From assembly GCA_038064875.1 (NCBI GenBank), contig JBBTSC010000001.1, positions 315,004 through 379,003 on the forward strand: a stretch of 64,000 nt of DNA, written 5' to 3'. Of this stretch, positions 27,568 to 35,705 are shown piece by piece (positions within the stretch are counted from its first letter, which is position 1; the number at the start of each line of letters is the position of its first letter). The notes under the pieces were generated by a model. It did not search any database. It was given only the letters and a program-made list of their open reading frames with translations, and was not told the origin of the DNA. The translations under genes and the position numbers were made by a program. The DNA is from Patescibacteria group bacterium. Its GTDB lineage: Bacteria > Patescibacteriota > Saccharimonadia > Saccharimonadales > 2-12-FULL-41-12.

Positions 27568-27710
27568 AAAAATATCCTTTCCCCTGAAACTGCGAGAAAG
27601 GATTTGAGATATTCATATCTTTCCTGCATAGCAGGGCTAGATTTAGCACCCAACTGAAAGGGTTGCTGGCAGGTCATTGGGCTAGGCCCCTCGCTACACT
27701 CTTGATATTA
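27568..27710 (-). promoter_or_regulatory. SAM-I (S-box) riboswitch plus expression platform in the metK leader
   Basis: The minus-strand RNA reads AUAUCAAGAG..GCGAGGGG.CUAGCCCAAUGAC..CAGCAACC...GGUGCUAAAUCUAGC...GAAAGAUAUGA, which matches conserved SAM-I blocks. It is followed by hairpin AUCCUUUC/GAAAGGAU plus U5, which covers the SD immediately before the ATG. Confidence 0.85.
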
Positions 27711-27753
27711 AATTGTTAAGTACCTATATTGTATCACCTCTTGGCAAGTTTTT

Positions 27754-27762
27754 TGGTATAAT
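27754..27762 (+). promoter_or_regulatory. extended -10 element TGGTATAAT upstream of tRNA-Gln
   Basis: TGGTATAAT ends 12 nt before the mature tRNA 5' end. Confidence 0.5.
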
Positions 27763-27774
27763 TGTCTAAGTCGA

Positions 27775-27848
27775 TGGGGATTCGCCAAGTGGTAAGGCTC
27801 TGGTTTCTGGTACCAGCATCGGGGGTTCGAATCCCTCATCCCCAGCCA
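27775..27848 (+). tRNA. tRNA-Gln (anticodon CUG), CCA encoded
   Basis: Cloverleaf read by hand: acceptor UGGGGAU/AUCCCCA, anticodon stem CUGGU/ACCAG with loop UUCUGGU, T arm GGGGG-UUCGAAU-CCCUC, discriminator G plus CCA. Close to E. coli tRNA-Gln as I recall it. Confidence 0.93.
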
Positions 27849-27955
27849 AGCATAAGCTTATTGTAATTATTATAGACTTTTCATATAGTAGTATAATTCA
27901 AAAACAAAAGAGTCCGTCTCAATAAAATTAACATGTGTATTTAATATGGCTAATT

Positions 27956-29674
27956 TCAGCGACCGCCCGGGCCGGCCCTAGGTACGATATGTCCATTTGC
28001 GATTTTTAGTGGTGACCCACCGTTAACTGAGACTATATAGACACCTGCTTCCGTACCAACTGATCCATAAAATATGACATTAGCGCCATTTGGCGTGGTA
28101 TAAAAGCTGTCAGAGACATTTGCGCCCTTTGTAAGCTGTTTCTCGTTAGACCCGTCAGGACTTGCCTTGAAAAGCTGAGAAAAACTGTCAATAACTCTTG
28201 TGAATACCCGTGTACTGTTGTCTTTGCTAGAGACAACTTGAAGTGTTTTTAATGCAGAGGCATCGTCTGATGTTTTTACAATTTTATCACTACCAAAATT
28301 AATGGAGAAAGTACCTCTATCAAAGTCGACAAGTGTGAGTGACCCAATGTTCTGACGATAAATATCAAATGGCTTTGCGTCAAGTTTCTTTTTTGCACTA
28401 CCATCTATATTCATTACAAAGAATCCAAAGTCAGGCTTATTAACATCTCCTAGTGAAAAGTATATCTTGCCTTCAGCTAGCAAATAAGATCCGTTTAGAG
28501 TAAATAAATCTTTTTTGCTCTTAGTTTCTGCGTTGTAAGCAATGACCTTTGAATCGTATGCCGGAGGAGTGCTTGTATCAGAGATCAGTGTATTGCCTGA
28601 CCAATTGACCTGACCTGGTCTCTCTTCAATTTTTTTAAGCTCACCAGAAGCAACATTTATAACGTAAAGCTCTTGTTCTAACCCTCCGTATTCTCCAACC
28701 CTCCCGTCACGACTAGCAACAAGTGCAACATACTCACCTGTAGGAGATGGATAAAGTGCGGTATTTTCATTCTCTTTACCTGACGCTTTCAGCACAACTC
28801 TCTCATTTTTGCCATCGAGATCAGAAGCATAAACATCGTACTTCTTTGATTTATTTGAGACAAAGAGCACTGTTCCGGACGGCGTAAGTATTATCTCTCT
28901 TAGCGGGGAATTGTCTACGACTTCTACGTCTTGAGTTACTGTATTAAATCCTTCTTTGCTCGTTGATAACGATAGCTTAGCTGAACCTGATGGCGACACA
29001 CGAGCATCTGCCTCACCTTTATTGTTAGTGAAGGATTCCACCCCTCCAAGAACAATCTTGGCATCTTTTATTGGCGCGCCAGAAACTCTGTCTTTAACTA
29101 TAAATGATAGCTTATACCCGCTACCGACTAAACGTATTGGCTCAAGCTTAGTTGTAGAAAAACGCACTAAAGTATCTTGCGTTTTAGACTCGTAGCCTGA
29201 CTTACTAATTTTTACTTTGTTCTTGCCAACCTTAACATTGTCAATTCTGGCTAACCCTTCTCCATCTGTTAAACTCTTTTTGCCTGCAATCTCTACGCTA
29301 ACGCCAGATATAGGCTGAAGAGTCTTATCATCAACAACCTCAACAGACACATCTCTTTTTACAAAAACTCCCAGCAGACTATACTTAAAATTTGTCAGAC
29401 TGATTACAAGTATCAATAACACTAGAACTATCCCTGCGGGTATGAAAAACTTCTTGTTTTTGAGTAGCGCTTTTATGCTAGTAAATCTTGATTTCTTTGC
29501 ATTATTTAGATCCGAAGGTTGTGGGCTATCTGGCTCAACTGCCATGGGCACGATCTCTGCCTGCGTGCTTTCATCAGCAACAACATTCTCATTCTTTGTT
29601 TCTAATTTTGCCTCATCTTCTACTATTTGAAGTGTCTTGTCTTCTTCACTATTTGTTTCTTTTAATTCTGCCAT
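27956..29674 (-). CDS. membrane-anchored envelope protein: Ig-like/carboxypeptidase-regulatory-like repeats plus TolB/PD40-like beta-propeller
   Basis: Start placed at MAELKE, preceded by SD GGGAGGG. Acidic cytoplasmic N-terminus, one TM helix, two repeats of the V.V.D..T..PI.GV.V type, then repetitive beta-strand segments (DGK..VF.S....D.Y). Confidence 0.55.
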   Translation of the reverse strand: MAELKETNSEEDKTLQIVEDEAKLETKNENVVADESTQAEIVPMAVEPDSPQPSDLNNAKKSRFTSIKALLKNKKFFIPAGIVLVLLILVISLTNFKYSLLGVFVKRDVSVEVVDDKTLQPISGVSVEIAGKKSLTDGEGLARIDNVKVGKNKVKISKSGYESKTQDTLVRFSTTKLEPIRLVGSGYKLSFIVKDRVSGAPIKDAKIVLGGVESFTNNKGEADARVSPSGSAKLSLSTSKEGFNTVTQDVEVVDNSPLREIILTPSGTVLFVSNKSKKYDVYASDLDGKNERVVLKASGKENENTALYPSPTGEYVALVASRDGRVGEYGGLEQELYVINVASGELKKIEERPGQVNWSGNTLISDTSTPPAYDSKVIAYNAETKSKKDLFTLNGSYLLAEGKIYFSLGDVNKPDFGFFVMNIDGSAKKKLDAKPFDIYRQNIGSLTLVDFDRGTFSINFGSDKIVKTSDDASALKTLQVVSSKDNSTRVFTRVIDSFSQLFKASPDGSNEKQLTKGANVSDSFYTTPNGANVIFYGSVGTEAGVYIVSVNGGSPLKIANGHIVPRAGPGGR

Positions 29675-30630
29675 CCGATTTCCCTCCCTGTTATTATGTT
29701 TATATTTAAGTGATCCATGCTGCCATAAGCCCAACACATTATGTCCAATAGGTCTTTCTCAGATCCATTTGGATCAAAAGGATTGCCTTGTCCGCGTGTC
29801 TGGCAATCACCATTATTATATTTGTCACTTGCTCCAAGCAGGTGCAAAGTCTCATGTATGAAAACACCTGTTGTATCTGCAAATTGCGCGTTTGTAAATG
29901 CACGGTGGCTACTAGGCATCGCGAAAGAACGAAATTTCTGTTTTTGTAAGTAAACATAGTGGACCATATCATAGTCAGCTTCAGGCACTTTGTTCTGTAA
30001 AGAGGTGTTTTGCAGTGCATCAATTATCTCTTGGGTGTTGCTCAAGTCTGCATTATCGCCAGTAATATCTGAAACTTGTTGGAACGGTCCGAAGAAATTA
30101 AATTCAATATTTAGAGTTGGGTTATTTCTGCGCGCCGCTTCACGTTTTAAGAATTCATTGATATAGACCAAACTTTCCTTTGAAGATTGACCTGCTGTGT
30201 ACTGAGCAATATCTTGGCCATAATCCATCCCAGATTTGTCAGAAACAAATACCACAGCCATTTTTGCGCTACCGACAGCCCTGATTTTATAAGAACATGA
30301 CCCTCCCAGTATGACTATCGCTTCGCGGTTCTTGAGTCGGGAACAATTATTCCTCACCTGAGCCGTCGTGAGACTGCCAGAATCAATCAGATTTTGTACT
30401 TTCTGATGTTCGGCCTGTTCTTTCTTTGCTGCATCTTCACTTAATTTCTTATTTTCCGCCACGATGCTTTCTAGTTTTTTTGCTTTTTCTTTTTCAAATG
30501 CTGTTATGCGTTGTTTTTCTTTATTGGTATTATGCTTTTCTAGCGCAATAGAAACTACTATTATGGATAAAATAGATAAAGCGCAGATGGTTACTATTAG
30601 GCTTTTCTTTTTATTTATATTCAGATGCAT
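29662..30630 (-). CDS. membrane-anchored putative zinc metalloprotease (HExxHxxGxxD, snapalysin-like motif)
   Basis: FIHETLHLLGASDKY near the C-terminus. N-terminal TM helix plus a coiled coil. Start uncertain (ATG 30630 chosen, no clear SD). Ends 12 nt before the next gene. Confidence 0.5.
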   Translation of the reverse strand: MHLNINKKKSLIVTICALSILSIIVVSIALEKHNTNKEKQRITAFEKEKAKKLESIVAENKKLSEDAAKKEQAEHQKVQNLIDSGSLTTAQVRNNCSRLKNREAIVILGGSCSYKIRAVGSAKMAVVFVSDKSGMDYGQDIAQYTAGQSSKESLVYINEFLKREAARRNNPTLNIEFNFFGPFQQVSDITGDNADLSNTQEIIDALQNTSLQNKVPEADYDMVHYVYLQKQKFRSFAMPSSHRAFTNAQFADTTGVFIHETLHLLGASDKYNNGDCQTRGQGNPFDPNGSEKDLLDIMCWAYGSMDHLNINIITGREIGWQN

Positions 30631-30751
30631 TTTATATAGATTACAATTAAGCATAAGTATATAGACCTGTGCGGTCAGTGTCAAAAGATATACTCTACTG
30701 AACACTCTTAAAGTGTTAGTCGACAATTATAGATAATCGAGGTAAAATTAA

Positions 30752-31138
30752 GACCAAAGTTATGGAAGCACACGACAAAGGATCAGAACAACAGCACCTA
30801 GTAGTTTCTACTATGGGGTTAACGAATATGAGAAAATTTGCATTGAATTACTCGGAGATAGTTCAGACGACTGGATAGCCCCAGATGAAGCAAAAGAAAA
30901 ACTGGACAGACTGGGCTATGATGAGTCTGATTGGCAGACAGTGCTTGACGAGAGCGGGGCGAGTCACCATTTAAGAGGACTGATGATAATAGCTCAAGGT
31001 GAGACTCCAAGGATTTCATGGGTCTTACAACTAAATTTTCGAGCCTTGGATTATGAACATGACCCCCATGCAAGACCTGTTTTTGACGATCCAAGGATGC
31101 AAACAGAAGCCTTGAGAGCCAAAATAGATAAACAGTAG
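30752..31138 (+). pseudogene. frameshifted or non-canonically initiated acidic ORF (about 103-129 codons)
   Basis: The frame is open from 30752 to the TAG at 31136-31138 with protein-like composition, but it has no ATG/GTG/TTG before 30941. ATG 30828 (SD GGGG upstream) is in the neighbouring frame and joins this frame through a 1-nt change in the A4 run at 30833-30836. Confidence 0.4.
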
Positions 31139-31169
31139 CTTACTGAATCATTTTGATGCTTATGCTATA

Positions 31170-31772
31170 ATGAGCACCCACATGAAGAGTATTAAGGAAT
31201 TTTTTACTAGTAACAAAAAGAGGGCCATCATAATAGTAGTTCTCGTCTTTGCACTATTGACTGCCGGTGGGTTTGCTATAAAAAATAATGACGACCAAAA
31301 AACTGATTCAAAAGATGATAATACACAAAATGAAACGGATACCAAAAAAGATGACCAGCCCGCATCTGAGCCTGCAAAAGATAGCCAGTCGAACAAAAAC
31401 CCTAGCCAAAGCTCGCCAGGTAGCACCGCTCCTGTGAGCTTCGCAATATCTTCCCTAAATGTACACAACCCAGAGTATTCATACAACAAAGATAAGCTAG
31501 GCAACACTGTTAGAGCATGCCAAGTGATTGCAGACATAACAGCCACAGCGCCTGGAACTGCAACATATTATTGGGACACATATCACCCTGAATACTTCAC
31601 CCCTTCGAATAGAGGACCGGACGAAACAGTAACTTTTGAAGGTAAAGGTACAAAAACCGTTAAATTAAATACCTATACTAATAACGATGATCGTCGATTC
31701 ACTTTATACGTAATTTCGCCAAACAATATTTCAAAAGCCACTGCAACCCAAGCCTGGTGTAAGGCGGACTAG
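31170..31772 (+). CDS. N-terminally anchored secreted protein, hypothetical
   Basis: TM helix (AIIIVVLVFALLTAGGFAI), a D/K/Q/S-rich linker, and a C-terminal domain of about 110 aa. The alternative start ATG 31182 would be nearly leaderless if TGCTATAAT (31163-31171) is the promoter. Confidence 0.5.
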   Translation: MSTHMKSIKEFFTSNKKRAIIIVVLVFALLTAGGFAIKNNDDQKTDSKDDNTQNETDTKKDDQPASEPAKDSQSNKNPSQSSPGSTAPVSFAISSLNVHNPEYSYNKDKLGNTVRACQVIADITATAPGTATYYWDTYHPEYFTPSNRGPDETVTFEGKGTKTVKLNTYTNNDDRRFTLYVISPNNISKATATQAWCKAD

Positions 31773-31806
31773 ACCCTTTCGTACTAATTCAAGAAACACC
31801 TAGCGA

Positions 31807-32421
31807 CTAAATTTTCTTGAGGGCAATATTGAACCATTTAGCAGTGCCAATCTGCTGATGATCTTCATAGATAAGTTCGGAATCATCTCCAGCCATGTCA
31901 ACAATAATCTTTGGGTTATAGTAGTAGAACATCCTATCTCCAAACCTATCAGTCTTTAGAGCCTCTTTATATTCATCTGCTTCTTTTAGTGATATATAGA
32001 AGATACCTCCACTACGAAGAGACTCAAGAGCTTTTGGAAAAACTTTTTCAAGATTTTCTCTGTCTATATGTAGTAGCGAGGCAAAGGCAAAAATAATATC
32101 TAAATCTTTGGGATATATGTAACTAAGTGCGTCAGCTAATACAAAGGATGCACCCGGTACCTTATTTTTAGCAACTTCGAGAAGACCTTTTGAAGGGTCA
32201 AAACCTTCGTACCAATCTACTAATTTAACTATTTCTTTGGCATCTCTACCTGTGCCACAGCCTATCTCGACAACCCTAACCGGTTGATTCTTGCCAACAA
32301 GTTCTAAGCCCTTTTTGATATCTGAGATTCTTGGCCCTTGCCCAAAATAATCTGAAAAATGCAAATCAAATTGATCTGCCGAATCATCATAAGTTTTTAT
32401 CGTGAGATCACTATGATTCAT
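31807..32421 (-). CDS. class I SAM-dependent methyltransferase
   Basis: Motif I VVEIGCGTGRDA. 204 aa. Confidence 0.8.
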   Translation of the reverse strand: MNHSDLTIKTYDDSADQFDLHFSDYFGQGPRISDIKKGLELVGKNQPVRVVEIGCGTGRDAKEIVKLVDWYEGFDPSKGLLEVAKNKVPGASFVLADALSYIYPKDLDIIFAFASLLHIDRENLEKVFPKALESLRSGGIFYISLKEADEYKEALKTDRFGDRMFYYYNPKIIVDMAGDDSELIYEDHQQIGTAKWFNIALKKI

Positions 32422-32436
32422 AGAGACAGTATATAC

Positions 32437-32832
32437 TCAAGATGGCCCTGGAACCTGATTTTCACCCAAAACTTCTCTGGTAATACTAACCACCTGGTCA
32501 GGATCTAACCTGCTCTTTACCAAATATCTTTTAGCACCCATTTGCATTGCTTGCATCAACAATTGATCGTCTTCGTGCGCAGACAACATAATTACTGGGA
32601 TATCTTTAGTCTCTTCGTTATCCTTTAAATCCCCTAGGGCTTCCATGCCATTACGATTGGGCATCATGACATCCATCAATATAACGTCAGGAGATTCTAC
32701 ACTTGCTTTTTCTACTATTGCAACTCCGTCACTCGCAACTACCACCTCAAAATCAGCCTCATCAAAAACCCTAGAATACAGTCGTTGTAATGTTGGGTCA
32801 TCTTCTACCAAGAGTAGTACTTTTGTTGCCAT
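32437..32832 (-). CDS. single-domain response regulator (CheY-like receiver)
   Basis: LLVEDD, DVILMDVMMPNRNG and PVIMLSA receiver motifs. No output domain. Confidence 0.85.
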   Translation of the reverse strand: MATKVLLLVEDDPTLQRLYSRVFDEADFEVVVASDGVAIVEKASVESPDVILMDVMMPNRNGMEALGDLKDNEETKDIPVIMLSAHEDDQLLMQAMQMGAKRYLVKSRLDPDQVVSITREVLGENQVPGPS

Positions 32833-32906
32833 GGATCCCCCCGATCACTTAGATTGCGCTTGTGGTTAATTATACACCTCTCAAAAATTTATTTCTATTA
32901 ATTTGC

Positions 32907-33182
32907 CTACACTCTATTTGCTGTAGCCAAAATTATGACCACTACTCCAAGTATTCTTCTAAAGTTATGCGTGCCGTAGAAAATCTCTAGCCATGACCAC
33001 GTAAATAACGCCCCAAATGATATAACAGAAAAAAGTGATTGCACCTGTCCGTCAGTGACTTTTGCAAGAACAAGACACAAAAGCCAAACAATAATTGGCA
33101 AATTCGGAGCTTGAAAATATTTATTACTCTGGTCCAATTTTTTAAAATTAAGGGCTTGTGACATATAGAAAATATAACACAA
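32907..33182 (-). CDS. small membrane protein, hypothetical
   Basis: Three hydrophobic segments. Start uncertain. Confidence 0.4.
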   Translation of the reverse strand: MCYIFYMSQALNFKKLDQSNKYFQAPNLPIIVWLLCLVLAKVTDGQVQSLFSVISFGALFTWSWLEIFYGTHNFRRILGVVVIILATANRV

Positions 33183-33302
33183 AGCCAGCTAGAACTACTG
33201 TCATAGATCTAACTCTTTTGATTAATCTAGCCTTGTTATTTTGCGCAATCTATTGTACTGTCAGAGAAGTAAGATATTTAAAACTTTGAGGGCTAATAAA
33301 TT

Positions 33303-33956
33303 ATGAGTGAAAAGCAAACAAAATCAGCACCAAGCCGACTAGAGCTGATCCAAAACGGAATCAAAAAACTATACAAAGTAAATAAAAAGTTCTCGATAAC
33401 ACTAATTGTACTTAGTATTCTCTCAGCATTTAGTCAATTTTCAGATACGTATTCTAAGCCAGGTGATCAGACCACAGGAGCTCAGGATGTAGCAATGACT
33501 AGCTCTGAGACAACTATTATTGCTATTGTCGCCACTATTTTAGTCCTGGCCGTTATCGCAGCTGGCGTAATAATAGAAGGTATGATTGCTTATGCCACAT
33601 ATAAAGCCATCGACAATAAAGTCCCTAGCATTTCTGAAGCATTTGAAGCTTCACAAAATAAATTCTGGGTAATACTATGGCTCAATGTAATAATATTCTT
33701 TAGAGTTCTTGGAGGCATACTACTACTCATCATTCCTGGAATTCGAGCTGGTCTTAGGTATACCATAGCGCCAATAGTACTCTTTGACGAAAATCTATCA
33801 GCCAAAGATACCGCCAACAAATCTCGGGAAATTGCAAAAGGCAATTTAAATTCCCTGCTCATCATGAATCTTGTTTCTGCTGTTTTATTCCCTATAACTT
33901 ATCTTGTATATTATGGAAGTTTGGTTACTATGTATCCTTTCTTCAAGTCAAAATAG
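33303..33956 (+). CDS. integral membrane protein, hypothetical
   Basis: 217 aa with 4-5 TM helices. I recognise no family with confidence. Confidence 0.5.
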   Translation: MSEKQTKSAPSRLELIQNGIKKLYKVNKKFSITLIVLSILSAFSQFSDTYSKPGDQTTGAQDVAMTSSETTIIAIVATILVLAVIAAGVIIEGMIAYATYKAIDNKVPSISEAFEASQNKFWVILWLNVIIFFRVLGGILLLIIPGIRAGLRYTIAPIVLFDENLSAKDTANKSREIAKGNLNSLLIMNLVSAVLFPITYLVYYGSLVTMYPFFKSK

Positions 33957-34060
33957 CGCCAGAGTGTAACTAGTGATAAATAAGCAATAGCATTATCTAA
34001 ATTTTTGTTGTATTATTGAAAAAGATACAAATCTAAATTATCAAGGAAAAGAGTAATATA

Positions 34061-34582
34061 ATGAAAAAACAAAGTCCGCTATTAGTGTTCATACTACCGT
34101 TTTTAACTTTCGGAATATATAGTATTTTTTGGTTCGCACGAACTCGTGGTGAAATGGTCAGAAAAGGTGCTAGTATCCCAACAACCTGGCTAATTATCAT
34201 ACCCATTATTCAGTTGTGGTATTACTGGAAATGGTCTGTAGGAGTAAATACAGTGACTCAAAAATTGGATAGCATCTTGGTGTTGTTAGTTATTCTACTC
34301 TTGGGCCCAATAGGCTCAGCCATCGTACAAGATTCTTTCAATAAAGTAGCTGATGGACCAACGCCGACAACTACCGACCCGCAGCCTGTAGCCGATGCCT
34401 CTAGTCTTACGCCTGACGTGTCCCCAGTGTCAACGCCGTCTACACCGGAAATTACTGAAGCCCCTGCACCTGTCGCCGAGCCAGAAGTTGCTTCTGCTCC
34501 AGAAGCTGAGCCTCAATCTGCACCAGAAACTCCGGACGCTCTAGAAGATAACAACGACGACCAAACTCAAAACCCAGCATAG
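34061..34582 (+). CDS. DUF4234-like membrane protein with Pro/Ala/Glu-rich C-terminal tail
   Basis: The N-terminal FGIYSIFWFARTRGEM pattern is typical of DUF4234 as I recall it. The C-terminus is low complexity (PEVASAPEAEPQSAPETP). Confidence 0.55.
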   Translation: MKKQSPLLVFILPFLTFGIYSIFWFARTRGEMVRKGASIPTTWLIIIPIIQLWYYWKWSVGVNTVTQKLDSILVLLVILLLGPIGSAIVQDSFNKVADGPTPTTTDPQPVADASSLTPDVSPVSTPSTPEITEAPAPVAEPEVASAPEAEPQSAPETPDALEDNNDDQTQNPA

Positions 34583-34673
34583 CTATAAATTTTACAATAT
34601 TATTCTTAGACAATCTCGCAAGATCTTTGCTAGAATTAGTAAGATGTTAAAAATGAGGGTCAAATAGATAAAT

Positions 34674-35705
34674 ATGCTTAAGACTGGGTACTTACATCTC
34701 AGCAATAAGCAAATTTTTTCAGGTAATCTACTGAATTGGAATGACCAAGCCATCTCTGGTGAAGTGGTTTTCAATACAGCAATGGCTGGCTATGTTGAGT
34801 CCCTCACCGACCCTTCTTACTCTAATCAAATTCTCGTATTCACTTATCCTCTTATCGGCAATTACGGCGTCCAGTTGAAAGACTTTGAATCTGCAAAAAT
34901 ACAAGTTCGCGGAGTTATCATGAACCAAATATCGCTCCATCCGAATCATGCTGATTCGAGTAAAAGCCTAAGCGAATGGTTATCAACTCAAAAAATTCCA
35001 ATACTTTATAACGTAGATACTCGTGCCCTGACACTTCATCTTAGGAGTAAAGGTGTTATGGGAGGTATTGTCACTGACAGCAACTCAAAACAAACTTTTG
35101 AGAAATTAGAACATGAATTTATCAGTGTAAAAAAGCCTAAGGTATACAATCCAAAATCAAAGAAAAAGATATTCTTAGTCGACTGTGGGGTTAAAGAAAA
35201 TATTATTAAATCAATAGTGGAGTACGATGTACAGGTCATCCGTGTCCCACATAACTACGACTACACTAACGAGGATTACGATGGAGTCCTTTTGTCTAAC
35301 GGTCCTGGCGACCCAACGGCTTACACTGAGACAATAGCAATCACAAAAAAGGCCATGTCGAGTGGCAAGTCAGTATTCGGCATATGCCTAGGTAGTCAGA
35401 TAATGGGGCTCAGTGCTGGTGCCAGAACGTATAAATTGAGGTTTGGTCACCGTGGCCAAAACCAACCATGCAAGGTTGAGGGTTGGGATCGATGCTATAT
35501 AACAAGCCAAAACCATGGATATGCTCTTGATGAAAAAACCCTGCCAAAAGACTGGAAAGTACTGTTCCGAAACTTAAATGATAATTCCATAGAAGGCATC
35601 GAGCACGCTTCAAAACCGTTTTTTTCCGTCCAATTCCACCCGGAAGCAAAGCCAGGGCCAACAGATACTGCTTGGTTGTTTGAAAGGTTCGTAAAATCAC
35701 TATGA
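34674..35705 (+). CDS. carA: carbamoyl-phosphate synthase small (glutaminase) subunit
   Basis: GEVVFNTAMAGYVESLTDPSY, GICLGSQ and FHPEA triad motifs. 4-nt overlap with carB. Confidence 0.9.
   Translation: MLKTGYLHLSNKQIFSGNLLNWNDQAISGEVVFNTAMAGYVESLTDPSYSNQILVFTYPLIGNYGVQLKDFESAKIQVRGVIMNQISLHPNHADSSKSLSEWLSTQKIPILYNVDTRALTLHLRSKGVMGGIVTDSNSKQTFEKLEHEFISVKKPKVYNPKSKKKIFLVDCGVKENIIKSIVEYDVQVIRVPHNYDYTNEDYDGVLLSNGPGDPTAYTETIAITKKAMSSGKSVFGICLGSQIMGLSAGARTYKLRFGHRGQNQPCKVEGWDRCYITSQNHGYALDEKTLPKDWKVLFRNLNDNSIEGIEHASKPFFSVQFHPEAKPGPTDTAWLFERFVKSL

Noticed and set aside
30819-31094. 91-aa minus-strand ORF in the 30.7-31.1 kb gap
   Set aside because: Its L/S/R/H-rich composition is typical of antisense translation. 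The opposite strand carries a longer, more protein-like open frame.
27849-31772. Genomic island integrated at the tRNA-Gln 3' end
   Set aside because: I see no integrase, no transposase, and no direct repeat of the tRNA 3' end downstream. I kept the region only as a cluster of accessory-looking envelope genes.
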